From contig JAFTLJ010000014.1 of the NCBI GenBank assembly GCA_017456005.1, positions 17,310-81,309 on the forward strand: 64,000 nucleotides of DNA, written 5' to 3'. The stretch comes from Clostridia bacterium (lineage in GTDB: Bacteria; Bacillota; Clostridia; Oscillospirales; CAG-272). Position numbers and translations under genes: made by a program. Below are positions 53,247 to 63,745 of this stretch, piece after piece. The notes below the pieces were generated by a model. It was not told where the DNA came from, did no database searches, and saw only the letters and a program-made list of their open reading frames with translations. Within the stretch, counting starts at the first letter, position 1, and each line of letters opens with the position of its first letter.

Positions 53247-53834
53247 ATGTACGAAATAAGAAAACACAAAACCGAAATAAGAGAATATTATCTTGAAAAA
53301 AGACGTGCGCTCACGGCAGAGGAGCGCGCGGAAAAGAGCGAAAAGGTTTGCCGCAATATGCTCGGCTCCGCAACATACAGATATGCCGACGTGCTCCTTA
53401 TGTACTACCCCAAGGAAGATGAGATAGATATACGCCCCATAGCGGAAGCGGCGCTTGCCGCAGGCAAGAAAGTGGCTTTTCCGCGCTGTAACCCTGCGGA
53501 CCACACTATGGTATTCCATTTTGTAAGCTCGCTTGCCGAACTTTTGCCCGGTTCATACAACATTATGGAGCCATCTGCAGAGCTTCCCGCGTTTGACCTT
53601 GCAGATGCGGAAACGTGTAACGTGGCGTGCGTTGTGCCCGCTGTCGTATTCGATAAAAAGGGCTTTCGCATAGGATATGGCGGCGGATACTACGACCGCT
53701 ATCTCGCGGGCTTCCGCGGTACGAAGCTGGGGCTTGTTTACCGCGATTTTATAGTTAACTCCGTTCCGCACGGCAGATACGACCTTACTGTGGACGTTAT
53801 GATAACGGAAAGAGGGCTCTATGCGAAGAATTAA
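53247..53834 (+). CDS. 5-formyltetrahydrofolate cyclo-ligase
   Basis: GYGGGYYDRYL motif and typical length. Confidence 0.85.
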   Translation: MYEIRKHKTEIREYYLEKRRALTAEERAEKSEKVCRNMLGSATYRYADVLLMYYPKEDEIDIRPIAEAALAAGKKVAFPRCNPADHTMVFHFVSSLAELLPGSYNIMEPSAELPAFDLADAETCNVACVVPAVVFDKKGFRIGYGGGYYDRYLAGFRGTKLGLVYRDFIVNSVPHGRYDLTVDVMITERGLYAKN

Positions 53835-54750
53835 GGCTTCGCACCCCTTCTTCGCCGCGCCCGCGCTCGTTTTCGTTATATCCGTTTTTATGGTGTTTTT
53901 GCAGTTTGCAAACCTCGATACGGATAACGAGGCTGTCATATACGGCGTAATGCTTATTTTGCAGTTGGTGGTGTTCGCTATACCTGCCGGGGCTTTCTGC
54001 TTCCTTCGCGGCGGCGAATACGTGCTGAAAATGGATATATACGCGCCGCGCAAGCATTCGCTCGGCGTGCTGCTCACAGGCTCGCTTTTCATTGTGCTCA
54101 CTTCGGGCGTGCTGAAATTCGTGTTTTTCCATTTTGCATACGACTATTCCGTATATTCGCTTTACGGCAGCAGTATAACGCTGGAGGTCGGCTCCTTCGG
54201 CACAGGGCTGCTTATGGTGCTTTCGCTGGCGATTTTTCCCGCGCTTACGGAAGAATTTGTGTTCCGAGGCATAATTTTCCGCGAATACAGGGCGTGCGGC
54301 ACGGTGTTTGCCATGCTCGTTTCTTCGCTTCTCTTTGCGTTCGTCCATTTCGACCTCAAGCTGTTCCCCATATATTTTATTTTGGGTATGTTGCTTGTAT
54401 GGATAGCTTTTATAACACATTCGCTTTGGGCGGCGGTTCTGGCACATATGGCATATAACCTTTACGTAATATTTTTTGAAAAATATATTTGGCTGTTTTC
54501 TTCCAACCCCGACAGCGATATACTTTTCTGGCTTATACTTTTGGTACTGTGGTTCATTTGCGCATTTTTCTTCCTCGCCGCGGCAGAGCGCGTTATGCGC
54601 GCCTGCGTGGAAAACGGCGAAAGCGCGCCGAAAGCAGTGCCGAAGGGCAAAAGAAAAGCTCTTTATTTAGAGGCGCTTGTTTCCCGACCGTTGCTTTTGG
54701 ATGCCGCGGTGTTCATTATAATGGGTATTATAGGGCTTTTCGTTTCGTAA
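53821..54750 (+). CDS. CPBP family intramembrane glutamic endopeptidase
   Basis: EEFVFRG and FAFVHF motifs; multi-TM protein. Confidence 0.8.
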   Translation: MRRIKASHPFFAAPALVFVISVFMVFLQFANLDTDNEAVIYGVMLILQLVVFAIPAGAFCFLRGGEYVLKMDIYAPRKHSLGVLLTGSLFIVLTSGVLKFVFFHFAYDYSVYSLYGSSITLEVGSFGTGLLMVLSLAIFPALTEEFVFRGIIFREYRACGTVFAMLVSSLLFAFVHFDLKLFPIYFILGMLLVWIAFITHSLWAAVLAHMAYNLYVIFFEKYIWLFSSNPDSDILFWLILLVLWFICAFFFLAAAERVMRACVENGESAPKAVPKGKRKALYLEALVSRPLLLDAAVFIIMGIIGLFVS

Positions 54751-54804
54751 TAAAATTTTTAAAACCGCGCAGAATAAGTGCAAAACTTATTTTGGCGGTT
54801 TAAA

Positions 54805-55785
54805 ATGAAAAAAGGCAGTAAAATTTTAATATATATACTTTCCGTTGTGCTTGTGAGTGCGGCACTTTGGGCGTGCGCCGTGTGCGCGGCAAACGATGCC
54901 TTTGCGCTTTGCAAAAAGGGCGAGGCAAGCGATTTTACGCTGGAGAGCGACACACCGCTTGCGGAAACGGCGAAAAAGCTTAAAAACGCGGGTATTATAA
55001 AATATCCGCTTGTTTTCCGTGTGTATTTTATGCTGAAAAGTGGGGGCGACGTTTTCCCTGCGGGAAGCTACGTGCTTTCGCCCGATATGAGCTACGACGA
55101 AATACGCTATGAGATATTCGGCATAGGCAAAGCGCGCAAAGAGGTGCGCATAACCTTCCCGGAGGGCTCTACTACAGACGAGGTTATAGAGCTTTTTCTG
55201 AAAAACGGCATAGGCACGCGCGAAGGCTTTGAAAAAGCCATACAAACGCACGAATTCAGCTTTGCGTTTATGCCGAAAACGGTAAACACGGCGCGCAAAT
55301 ACCGCTTGGATGGCTACCTTTTCCCCGACACTTATAATTTTTATTCCGATACTTCCGAAGAGGAGGCTGTAGCGAAGATGCTCGAAAATTTCGAGCGCAA
55401 GTTTACCTCCGTTATGGTTGCGGATGCGGCGCGTGCGGGCTACACGGCAGACGAGGCGGTAACGCTCGCTTCCATGGTGCAGGGCGAGGCATACTATCTT
55501 TCCGATATGGCAGGGATAGCCTCTGTTTTCCGCAACAGACTGCGCGGCGGAATGAAATATCTGCAGAGCGATGCCACGGGGCTATACGGCGAGGCTTATG
55601 ATACGTACGAGCACGCGGGGTTGCCCCCGGGGCCTATATGCAACCCTGGCGCGGCGGCGCTGGAGGCGGCTGTTTATCCTGCCAACACGAAATATTACTA
55701 TTTCCTGACCGGGCGCGATAAAAAAGCCGTGTTTTCGCGGACTTATGCCGAGCATAAGAAAGCGATAAATAGAATGAAGAATTAA
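54805..55785 (+). CDS. mltG: endolytic murein transglycosylase MltG (YceG-like)
   Basis: N-terminal TM helix plus motifs DGYLFPDTY and ASMVQGEA. Confidence 0.85.
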   Translation: MKKGSKILIYILSVVLVSAALWACAVCAANDAFALCKKGEASDFTLESDTPLAETAKKLKNAGIIKYPLVFRVYFMLKSGGDVFPAGSYVLSPDMSYDEIRYEIFGIGKARKEVRITFPEGSTTDEVIELFLKNGIGTREGFEKAIQTHEFSFAFMPKTVNTARKYRLDGYLFPDTYNFYSDTSEEEAVAKMLENFERKFTSVMVADAARAGYTADEAVTLASMVQGEAYYLSDMAGIASVFRNRLRGGMKYLQSDATGLYGEAYDTYEHAGLPPGPICNPGAAALEAAVYPANTKYYYFLTGRDKKAVFSRTYAEHKKAINRMKN

Positions 55786-55828
55786 GAGTGCAGAATGCAG
55801 AGTGAAAATGCAAGAAAGAGAGAGAATT

Positions 55829-57052
55829 ATGACAGAACTTCTTTCCCCTGCGGGAAATTTCGAGAAAATGAAAGCCGCGTTCCTCTATGGTGCGGATGCG
55901 GTATACCTTGCGGCAAAGCGCTTCGGTATGCGCGCCGCGGCAGATAACTTTACTATGGAAGAGCTTTCCGAGGCGGCAAAATACGCCCACGAACGCGGCA
56001 AAAAGATATATCTTACCATGAATACGCTTCCTCGCGAATACGAATACGAAGACCTTGCGGATTTTATACGCGAGCTTGCCGCGCTTCCGCACAAGGTGGA
56101 TGCGGCGATAGTTGCCGACGTAGGCGTTTTTGCGCTTCTTCGCAAGCTTTACCCTGAGCTGGAGCTGCATATTTCCACCCAGGCGGGCATTGTAAGCTCT
56201 GCAGACTGCCGCTTCTGGTACGAGCAGGGCGCAAAGCGCGTGGTGCTCGCACGCGAGGTTTCGCTGGAGGAAATAAAGCAGATACGCAAAAATATACCCG
56301 ATGATATGGAGATAGAGGCGTTTGTGCACGGTTCCATGTGCGTTTCCTTCAGCGGCAGATGCTTGCTTTCCAACAACCTTGTGGGCAGAGATGCCAACCG
56401 CGGCGCGTGCGCTCAGCCCTGCCGCTGGAACTACACTATACGCGAAGAAAAGCGCCCCGATATGCCCCTTACGCTCGAAGAGGAGCGCGAGGGCACGTAC
56501 ATAATGAGCTCCAAGGATATGTGTATGGTAGAGCATATGAACGAGCTTATAGAAGCTGGCATAACTTCCTTTAAAATAGAGGGCAGAATGAAGAGCGCAT
56601 ATTACACGGCGGTCGTGACAAACGCATACCGCGCGGCTATAGACGGCTATATGGAAAAGGGCGCGGAATTTGCGCTTGACCCCGCGTGGCTAACCGAGCT
56701 GGACAGCGTGAGCCACCGCGAATATTGCACGGGCTACTTTTTCGACGACCCTATGAAAAATGCGCAGACCTGCACGGTTCAGGGCTATTTGCGCGAAAAG
56801 GCGTACCTTGCCGTTGTTAAGGAATACGATGCAGAAAAGGGAATGGCGAAGTGTATACAGCGCAATAAATTCTGTGCGCACGACGCCGTAGAGCTTATCA
56901 CCCCCGGGAAAACGGGCAGACGCTTTGAAGCGAAAGAAATTTATAGCACAGAAGGCGAGGCTATACCCTCCGTTCCCCATCCGTTTATGGAGTTTTACCT
57001 CAAAGTGCCTTTCGAGGTGAAGGCCGGCGATATTATAAGAGGCGCGAACTGA
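55829..57052 (+). CDS. peptidase U32 family protein
   Basis: ELLSPAGNFEKMKAAFLYGADAVY and the E..HGSMC.S.SGRC motif. Confidence 0.85.
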   Translation: MTELLSPAGNFEKMKAAFLYGADAVYLAAKRFGMRAAADNFTMEELSEAAKYAHERGKKIYLTMNTLPREYEYEDLADFIRELAALPHKVDAAIVADVGVFALLRKLYPELELHISTQAGIVSSADCRFWYEQGAKRVVLAREVSLEEIKQIRKNIPDDMEIEAFVHGSMCVSFSGRCLLSNNLVGRDANRGACAQPCRWNYTIREEKRPDMPLTLEEEREGTYIMSSKDMCMVEHMNELIEAGITSFKIEGRMKSAYYTAVVTNAYRAAIDGYMEKGAEFALDPAWLTELDSVSHREYCTGYFFDDPMKNAQTCTVQGYLREKAYLAVVKEYDAEKGMAKCIQRNKFCAHDAVELITPGKTGRRFEAKEIYSTEGEAIPSVPHPFMEFYLKVPFEVKAGDIIRGAN

Positions 57053-57143
57053 TAAAAAGTGCCGTTTCTCCCTACGTGATAACGGTTATGCCGAAAAATA
57101 TAAATCCACATTGTGTTTTTTGCTGAATTGACTTCAAAGGAGC

Positions 57144-57416
57144 GTGGTTTGCGTGAAAAAGAAAGCGATCATAGCGGCAGCTGTCTTAATTTTAATACTG
57201 TTTTTTCCGATTTTTCGCGGAGGTTATAACGACGGCGGAACTTCTGAATACTGTGCGCTGACTTATAGAATAGTTAAGTGGAAAAGGCTGGTGACGGTAT
57301 ATGAAGAAGACGGTACGATAAACCACGAAACATACAAGAAAACACGGGTTTATTGGTTTCCCGATAATTTTAAATCCATCGGCGAACTATGGGAAATGGA
57401 ATATACGAAGGAATGA
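57144..57416 (+). CDS. small membrane-anchored hypothetical protein
   Basis: 90-aa ORF with one N-terminal hydrophobic helix. Confidence 0.45.
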   Translation: MVCVKKKAIIAAAVLILILFFPIFRGGYNDGGTSEYCALTYRIVKWKRLVTVYEEDGTINHETYKKTRVYWFPDNFKSIGELWEMEYTKE

Positions 57417-57586
57417 TAATTAAAATCCTCGAAAGAGCAGAACGCCTTTCGGGGATTTTGGCACAAATACACATTTTTGCGCACTTTTTTTGCCGTATGT
57501 TTCATTTTTAATTAAAAACTATTGAAAATATTATTATAATATGCTAAAATAATCTTGTTAAAAAATTTTTTCGGAGGTTGAAAGAA

Positions 57587-58900
57587 ATGACTTACAACAA
57601 GAAAACAATTGAAGACATTGATGTCAAAGGCAAAAAAGTCCTTGTAAGATGCGACTTTAACGTTCCCGTTAAAGACGGCGTTATCACAAGCGACAAAAGA
57701 ATCGTAGAAGCTCTTCCCACAATCAAATATCTCGTGGCACAGGGCGCAAAAGTAGTTCTTTGCTCTCATATGGGCAAACCCCACGCTATTTTTGAAAAGA
57801 GCTTCAAGCTCACAAAGAAAGAACTTGCTAAGATCGCAGAGCTTCCCGCAGAAGAACAGGAAGCTGCAACAGCAAAAGCTTTCGAAAAAGCTCAGGGCGA
57901 TATTACGAAATATTCTCTTGCAATCGTTGCGGACAGACTCAATGAGCTTCTCGGCGGTATCGTAACTTTCGCAAAAGACACAGTTGGCGAAGATGCACAG
58001 GCTAAAGTTGCCGCTCTCGAAGAAGGCAAAATCGTTCTTCTCGAAAACACACGCTTCAACGCAGGCGAAACAAAGAATGACGAAGCTTTCTCCAAAAAGC
58101 TCGCTGCTTTCGGCGACGTATTCGTAAACGACGCATTCGGTTCTGCACACAGAGCACACGCTTCTACAGCAGGTGTTACACAGTTCGGCGGCCTTCCCGC
58201 AGTTTGCGGCTACCTCATTCAGAAAGAAATTTCTATTATGGGTAAAGCTCTTGAAGATCCCAAACGCCCCTTCGTTGCTATCCTCGGCGGCGCTAAAGTT
58301 TCCGATAAGCTCAACGTTATCAAAAACCTCCTCACAAAGGTTGATACACTTATCATCGGCGGCGGTATGGCATACACATTCCTCGCAACAAAAGGCTATG
58401 AGATCGGCACATCTCTCTTCGATGAAGAAAAAGTTGATTACTGCCGCGAAATGCTCGAGCTCGCTGAAAAGAACGACGTAAAACTCCTTCTCCCCATCGA
58501 TACAGTTGTTGCGAAAGATTTCCCCAACCCCATCGATGCTGAAATCGAAGTTACAACAGTTGATTCCGATGCTATCCCCGCAGATATGCAGGGTCTCGAC
58601 ATCGGCGAAAAGACAAGAGAACTCTTTGCAGATGCTGTTAAGAACGCGCAGACAGTTGTTTGGAACGGTCCTATGGGCGTATTTGAAAACCCCACACTCG
58701 CAAAAGGTACGATTGCTGTAGCACAGGCTCTGGCTGATTCCGATGCTATCACGATCGTTGGCGGCGGCGACAGCGCTGCAGCTTGCGAACAGCTCGGCTT
58801 CGCTTCCCAGATCACACACATTTCCACAGGCGGCGGCGCATCCCTCGAACTTCTCGAAGGTCTTGAACTTCCCGGTATCGCTTGCCTCGAAAACAAATAA
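57587..58900 (+). CDS. pgk: phosphoglycerate kinase
   Basis: Collinear with Pgk ([25 protein letters not shown]). It carries an extra segment of about 35 aa after SHMGKP. Confidence 0.95.
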   Translation: MTYNKKTIEDIDVKGKKVLVRCDFNVPVKDGVITSDKRIVEALPTIKYLVAQGAKVVLCSHMGKPHAIFEKSFKLTKKELAKIAELPAEEQEAATAKAFEKAQGDITKYSLAIVADRLNELLGGIVTFAKDTVGEDAQAKVAALEEGKIVLLENTRFNAGETKNDEAFSKKLAAFGDVFVNDAFGSAHRAHASTAGVTQFGGLPAVCGYLIQKEISIMGKALEDPKRPFVAILGGAKVSDKLNVIKNLLTKVDTLIIGGGMAYTFLATKGYEIGTSLFDEEKVDYCREMLELAEKNDVKLLLPIDTVVAKDFPNPIDAEIEVTTVDSDAIPADMQGLDIGEKTRELFADAVKNAQTVVWNGPMGVFENPTLAKGTIAVAQALADSDAITIVGGGDSAAACEQLGFASQITHISTGGGASLELLEGLELPGIACLENK

Positions 58901-58924
58901 TTTCCCGAAAGAGAGAATTTGAAA

Positions 58925-59692
58925 ATGAATAAAGCTAAAAGAAACGTTGTTATTGCCGGCAACTGGAAAATGAATATGACACCCGCACAGACAACAGAAT
59001 TTATCACAGCACTTGCACCCATGGTTGCAGGTATGGACGGCTGCAAGGTTGTTCTCTGCGTTCCTTACGTAGACATCGCTGCTGCTGTTGCTGCTGCAGA
59101 AGGCACAAACATCGAAATCGGCGCAGAAAACGTTCATATGGAAGCTAAAGGCGCTTACACAGGCGAAATTTCCGGCGAAATGCTCGCTGCTTGCGGCGTT
59201 AAATACGTTATCGTTGGCCACAGCGAACGCAGACAGTACTTCGGCGAAACAGATGTTACTGTAAACGGCAGACTCAAAGCAGGTCTTGCAAACGGCCTTA
59301 AGGTTATCCTTTGCGTTGGCGAAACACTCACAGAACGCGAACAGGGCATCACATTTGAAACTGTTGCAAAGCAGACAAAGATCGCTCTTCTCGGCGTATC
59401 TGCTGAAGAACTCAAAAACGTTGTTATCGCATACGAACCCGTTTGGGCTATCGGCACGGGCAAAACAGCTACTTCCGCGCAGGCAGAAGAAGTTTGTGCA
59501 GACATCCGCGGCGTAGTTGCAGGCCTTTACGGTGCAGAAGCTGCAGAAGCTGTTACTATCCAGTACGGCGGCTCTATGAACGCAGGCAACGCTGCAGAGC
59601 TCCTTTCTATGGAAAATATCGACGGCGGCCTTATCGGCGGCGCGTCCCTCAAAACAGCAGACTTTACAACAATCGTAAAAGCTGCTCAGTAA
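58925..59692 (+). CDS. tpiA: triosephosphate isomerase
   Basis: Motifs AGNWKMN, VGHSERR, AYEPVWAIGTG and GGASL. Confidence 0.95.
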   Translation: MNKAKRNVVIAGNWKMNMTPAQTTEFITALAPMVAGMDGCKVVLCVPYVDIAAAVAAAEGTNIEIGAENVHMEAKGAYTGEISGEMLAACGVKYVIVGHSERRQYFGETDVTVNGRLKAGLANGLKVILCVGETLTEREQGITFETVAKQTKIALLGVSAEELKNVVIAYEPVWAIGTGKTATSAQAEEVCADIRGVVAGLYGAEAAEAVTIQYGGSMNAGNAAELLSMENIDGGLIGGASLKTADFTTIVKAAQ

Positions 59693-59764
59693 CCTACTTT
59701 TCTTTCGGAGAAAAGCAGGCAAAAGAACTTTGTCAGGATAAGCTAAGTATTTTGCTTTAAACAG

Positions 59765-59797
59765 AAAATCGCTCCTTGAAAAAGGAGCGATTTTTTC
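59765..59797 (+). terminator. terminator after pgk-tpiA
   Basis: AAAATCGCTCCTT/AAGGAGCGATTTT followed by a T run. Confidence 0.75.
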
Positions 59798-59888
59798 TTT
59801 GAAAAAACTTATTGCCGCATCTATTGAAAACGCGGTGCTCCTGTGCTATAATTTATATACCGATATTTTCCGGGAAGGAGAAATTTTT

Positions 59889-60662
59889 ATGAAAATCGTT
59901 ACTTTTAATTTGCGTTGTGTGTGGGATAAAGATGGAATAAACTCATTTATTCACCGTGTGGGAATGATTTACGATAAAATAAAAGAAGAAATGCCCGATA
60001 TTATAGCTTTTCAAGAATGTACGCCGAGAAGTATGGAGCTTATGGAGAAAATGTTCCCCGAATACTCTTTTTCTGGAATGTTCAGGAGCGAAAATTATTG
60101 GGGAGAGGGGCTTTTCACAGCGGTGAGAAAAGAAGATTTTCGCATAGCTTCTGCCGAGAGCTTTTGGATAAGCCCCACACCGTACGTGCCCGGTTCGCGC
60201 TTCCCGGAGCAGAGCGATTGCCCGAGAATTTGCAATGCCGTTGTGGTGCGCAACAGGAAGACCGACAAAATGATACGGCTTTTCAACATTCACCTCGACC
60301 ATATTTCCGAGGCGGCGCGCGTAAAGGGAATGGATTTTATGCTCGGTAAAATGGCGGAATATAACAAGCAGCTGCCTTTGCCCTCCGTTATTTTGGGCGA
60401 TTTCAATTGCACGCCGGAAAGCGAGCCTATAAAGATGTGCGTTGCGTGCGAAAACCCCGTGCTTTTCGACGTTACAGCGGGAATAGAGTGTACAAACCAC
60501 GATTTCGGGCGTTTTGACGGATGCTCCGCAAAAAAGATAGACTATATTTTTGTAACGCAGGAGCTTAATAAGTCTTTCCGTAGCGTAACGGTTTGGGATA
60601 CCTGCCACGATGGCATTTACCTTTCGGATCATTACCCCGTTTGCGCGGAATTTGAATATTGA
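59889..60662 (+). CDS. endonuclease/exonuclease/phosphatase (EEP) family protein
   Basis: MKIVTFNLR start, FQE, GDFN and SDHYPV motifs. Confidence 0.8.
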   Translation: MKIVTFNLRCVWDKDGINSFIHRVGMIYDKIKEEMPDIIAFQECTPRSMELMEKMFPEYSFSGMFRSENYWGEGLFTAVRKEDFRIASAESFWISPTPYVPGSRFPEQSDCPRICNAVVVRNRKTDKMIRLFNIHLDHISEAARVKGMDFMLGKMAEYNKQLPLPSVILGDFNCTPESEPIKMCVACENPVLFDVTAGIECTNHDFGRFDGCSAKKIDYIFVTQELNKSFRSVTVWDTCHDGIYLSDHYPVCAEFEY

Positions 60663-60672
60663 GAAGAATTTG

Positions 60673-60706
60673 AAAAACGCACCCTTAAGGGTGCGTTTTT
60701 TTATTT
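60673..60706. terminator. bidirectional terminator between convergent genes
   Basis: AAAAACGCACCC/GGGTGCGTTTTT. Confidence 0.7.
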
Positions 60707-62308
60707 TCTTTCCCATTTGTCGCAAAGCGATTCTATTTGGCTTGTGAACTTGGCAAGGTCTTTATTAGCTCCGCCGCGGTTCTGTTCTATAACGGAAATA
60801 AGGCGCTTGCCGGCGAGCAAAAGTCGCTCGAAAACGGCGTTTGCACGTCTGCGCGCCGCATTGGATTTGCGCGGTATGCGCACAACGGGCGCTTTTTCCA
60901 CACATTCGCCCGTTTCAAGATCGAATATGTCGCCGCTGTACGGTGCGGCGGAAAAGTAGCCGAGTTCATCGTATACGGCGTTTGCAAATTTATCGCAAAC
61001 ATCGTCGGCGCCGTGGTTAACAAAAACCTTTTTCGGCGGCTTAGGCATGTTTGCGAGCCATTCCAGCAGCATATCTCTGTCGGCGTGGCCGCTTATGCCC
61101 TTTATCATTTGGATGTTGGCGTTCACGGTTATTTCTTCGCCGAAAAGGCGCACGCTTGTAACCCCGTCCAGCAGTTTTCTGCCTATAGTGCCCTCTGTCT
61201 GGTAGCCCACGAAAAGTATGGTGCTTTCTTCGCGCCACAGGTTGTGCTTCAGGTGGTGGCGTATTCTGCCTGCCTCGCACATACCGGAAGCGGAAATTAT
61301 TATTTTGGGTTCAAAATCGTCGTTTATCGCGCGGGAATCGGCGCTTGTGAGCGAAAGCTTTAGCCCCGGGAAGTGTATGGGGTCTATGCCGTTTTTCAGA
61401 AGCTCCAGTGTTTCATCGTCGTAATACTCCGTAAGGCCGCCGCCGTAAATATTCGTTGCTTCCACGGCAAGCGGGCTGTCTACGTAAACAGAAAAGCCAT
61501 CGTGGTATTTTATAAGCTTTTTCTCTTTTATAATGCGTATTAGGTAAAGCAGCTCTTGCGTTCTGCCAACGGCAAAGGAGGGGATCACCACGTTGCCGCC
61601 GCGGTCAAACGTAGCTTGTATGATCTCGGAAAGCTGAGCTATATAATCGGGGCGCTCTTCGTGAAGCCTGTCGCCGTAGGTGGATTCTATAACAACGTAA
61701 TCTGCCTTCGGCGGTGTCTGAGGGTCGCGTATCAGCGGACGCATCTTGTTGCCAAGGTCGCCCGAAAAAAGCACGGACGTGCGTTTTCCTTCTTCAAAAG
61801 CGGTTATCAGTATGCAAGAGGAGCCGAGAAGATGCCCTGCATCGAAAAATTCTATTTTTATGCCGTCGAAGATCTCAAGCTCCTTGCCGTAATGGCAGGT
61901 TTCGAAAAGCTCGAGCGTACGCTCCGCATCCTGCATTGTGTACATGGGCTCATACGGTTCTGCACCTGCGCGCTGTGCCTTGCGGTTGCGCCACTGTGCT
62001 TCAAATTCTTGAATATGTGCGGAATCGCGCAGCATTATGTCGCAAAGGCGGTGCGTTGCCACCGTGGAATAGATCGGCCCTTCATAACCCATGGAAACCA
62101 TGGCGGGCAGCTTACCGGAATGGTCTATGTGCGCGTGCGTAAGGCAAATTGCGTCTATATCGCCGGGGGCGATGGGCAGATCGCAGTTTTCGTATATATC
62201 CTCGCCCTGTTCCATGCCGCAATCGATAAGTATATGCTTGCCACAGGCATCGATAAGTGTGCAAGAACCAGTAACCTCGTGTGCCGCTCCCAAAAATGTC
62301 AATTTCAC
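60701..62308 (-). CDS. MBL-fold beta-CASP ribonuclease-like hydrolase
   Basis: HAHIDHSG motif, a beta-CASP insert and an RNA-specificity C-terminal domain; 535 aa. Confidence 0.85.
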   Translation of the reverse strand: MKLTFLGAAHEVTGSCTLIDACGKHILIDCGMEQGEDIYENCDLPIAPGDIDAICLTHAHIDHSGKLPAMVSMGYEGPIYSTVATHRLCDIMLRDSAHIQEFEAQWRNRKAQRAGAEPYEPMYTMQDAERTLELFETCHYGKELEIFDGIKIEFFDAGHLLGSSCILITAFEEGKRTSVLFSGDLGNKMRPLIRDPQTPPKADYVVIESTYGDRLHEERPDYIAQLSEIIQATFDRGGNVVIPSFAVGRTQELLYLIRIIKEKKLIKYHDGFSVYVDSPLAVEATNIYGGGLTEYYDDETLELLKNGIDPIHFPGLKLSLTSADSRAINDDFEPKIIISASGMCEAGRIRHHLKHNLWREESTILFVGYQTEGTIGRKLLDGVTSVRLFGEEITVNANIQMIKGISGHADRDMLLEWLANMPKPPKKVFVNHGADDVCDKFANAVYDELGYFSAAPYSGDIFDLETGECVEKAPVVRIPRKSNAARRRANAVFERLLLAGKRLISVIEQNRGGANKDLAKFTSQIESLCDKWERK

Positions 62309-62490
62309 TCAAAACACCTCCTGTTGAATTTTACTAATTTTACAAAAATATTTTACCATATTTCAGTCGAAATGTCTATAGATAAATTGTAAACACGAAA
62401 ATGAAATAAATATTTTTTTGAATTTACAAATTTTTTATCACTTATCCTGTATTTTATGGTAAAATATATTATAATATACATTTATTCAAG

Positions 62491-63621
62491 GTGGCAAAAT
62501 TGAATTTTTACAGAATTTACGCAAAAATAGACCTTTCGGCTATTTCATATAACATAAAGCTGATAAAAGAAAGAATAGGCAAAAGCAAGCTCATGCTTGT
62601 GGTAAAAGCCGATGCATATGGGCACGGTGCGCTCGCCGTGGCAAAAGCCTTTGAAAAGGATGCCGATTATTTTGCCGTGGCGGAAATGGGCGAGGCTATA
62701 GAGCTGCGTGCGGGCGGTGTACGCACGCCGATACTTATTTTGGGCTACACCTCGCCATCGCTCTACGAGCTGGCGATAGAGCACGATATAACGCTGACCA
62801 TATTTACTTTAAAAGCGGCGCAGGCGCTTTCGGAGCTGTGCGTGCGCACGGGCAAAACGGCGCGTGTTCACTTCGCCGTGGATACGGGCATGGGGCGCAT
62901 AGGCTGGCGTGTGTGCGAACATAGCGCAGACGAAGCGGCAGAGGCGGCGAGCCTGCCGGGGATCGCGGCAGAGGGCATTTTCAGCCATTTTGCAACGGCA
63001 GACCTTGCGGAAGACTCTTTTGCGGAGGAACAGCGAGAGCAGTTTGAACGCTTTGTAGAAATGCTTAAAACGCGCGGAGTGGCTGTACCCATAAAGCACA
63101 TGAACAACAGCGCGGGTATTTTTAAGTTCCGCGAGCAATACGATATGGTTCGCGCCGGGATAGTGATGTACGGGCTGTCCCCCTCTGAAAACGTAGCGGC
63201 GGCAGGTGGCTTTGCGGTGCGCCCGGCGATGGAGCTTATAACTCACATAGCACACGTAAAGGAGCTGGAAGAGGGCAAGCCGATAAGCTACGGCTCTACA
63301 TACGTTACAGAGCGCAAAACGCGCGTTGCCACACTTCCCGTGGGCTATGCAGACGGCTACCCACGCGCGCTTTCGGGCAAGGGAGAGGTGCTTGTGCGCG
63401 GTGTGCGCTGCCCGATACTCGGCAGGGTGTGTATGGACCAGATGATGGTCGACATAAGCGCCGTGCCGGAGGCAGAGGTAGAAGAGCCTGTCGTGCTTAT
63501 GGGGCGCGATGGGGCAGAGCATATTTCCGCAGACGAAATAGCCGCGCACGCGGACACGATAAACTACGAGATTGTATGCGGTATAGCAAAGCGTGTGCCT
63601 AGAATTTATTTTAAAAATTGA
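62491..63621 (+). CDS. alr: alanine racemase
   Basis: PLP motif VVKADAYGHG, collinear with Alr. Confidence 0.9.
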   Translation: MAKLNFYRIYAKIDLSAISYNIKLIKERIGKSKLMLVVKADAYGHGALAVAKAFEKDADYFAVAEMGEAIELRAGGVRTPILILGYTSPSLYELAIEHDITLTIFTLKAAQALSELCVRTGKTARVHFAVDTGMGRIGWRVCEHSADEAAEAASLPGIAAEGIFSHFATADLAEDSFAEEQREQFERFVEMLKTRGVAVPIKHMNNSAGIFKFREQYDMVRAGIVMYGLSPSENVAAAGGFAVRPAMELITHIAHVKELEEGKPISYGSTYVTERKTRVATLPVGYADGYPRALSGKGEVLVRGVRCPILGRVCMDQMMVDISAVPEAEVEEPVVLMGRDGAEHISADEIAAHADTINYEIVCGIAKRVPRIYFKN

Positions 63622-63649
63622 AAAATGAAGAAAAAACGAGCTCAAAAAG

Positions 63650-63745
63650 GCTCCTTCTCATAAGGCTGTTAAATTAAAATTGATTCGCAGTAGACAAAGA
63701 ATTAACCCCGACAGATTGCAAGGTCTGTCGGGGTTGGTTTTATTC
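63650..63745 (+). repeat. repeat family A, copy A3 (with terminator hairpin 63706-63733)
   Basis: TTCTCATAAGG...GCAGTAGACAAAGAATTAACCCCGACAGA..TCTGTCGGGGTT, collinear with 5367-5490 but lacking the central hairpin. Confidence 0.75.
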
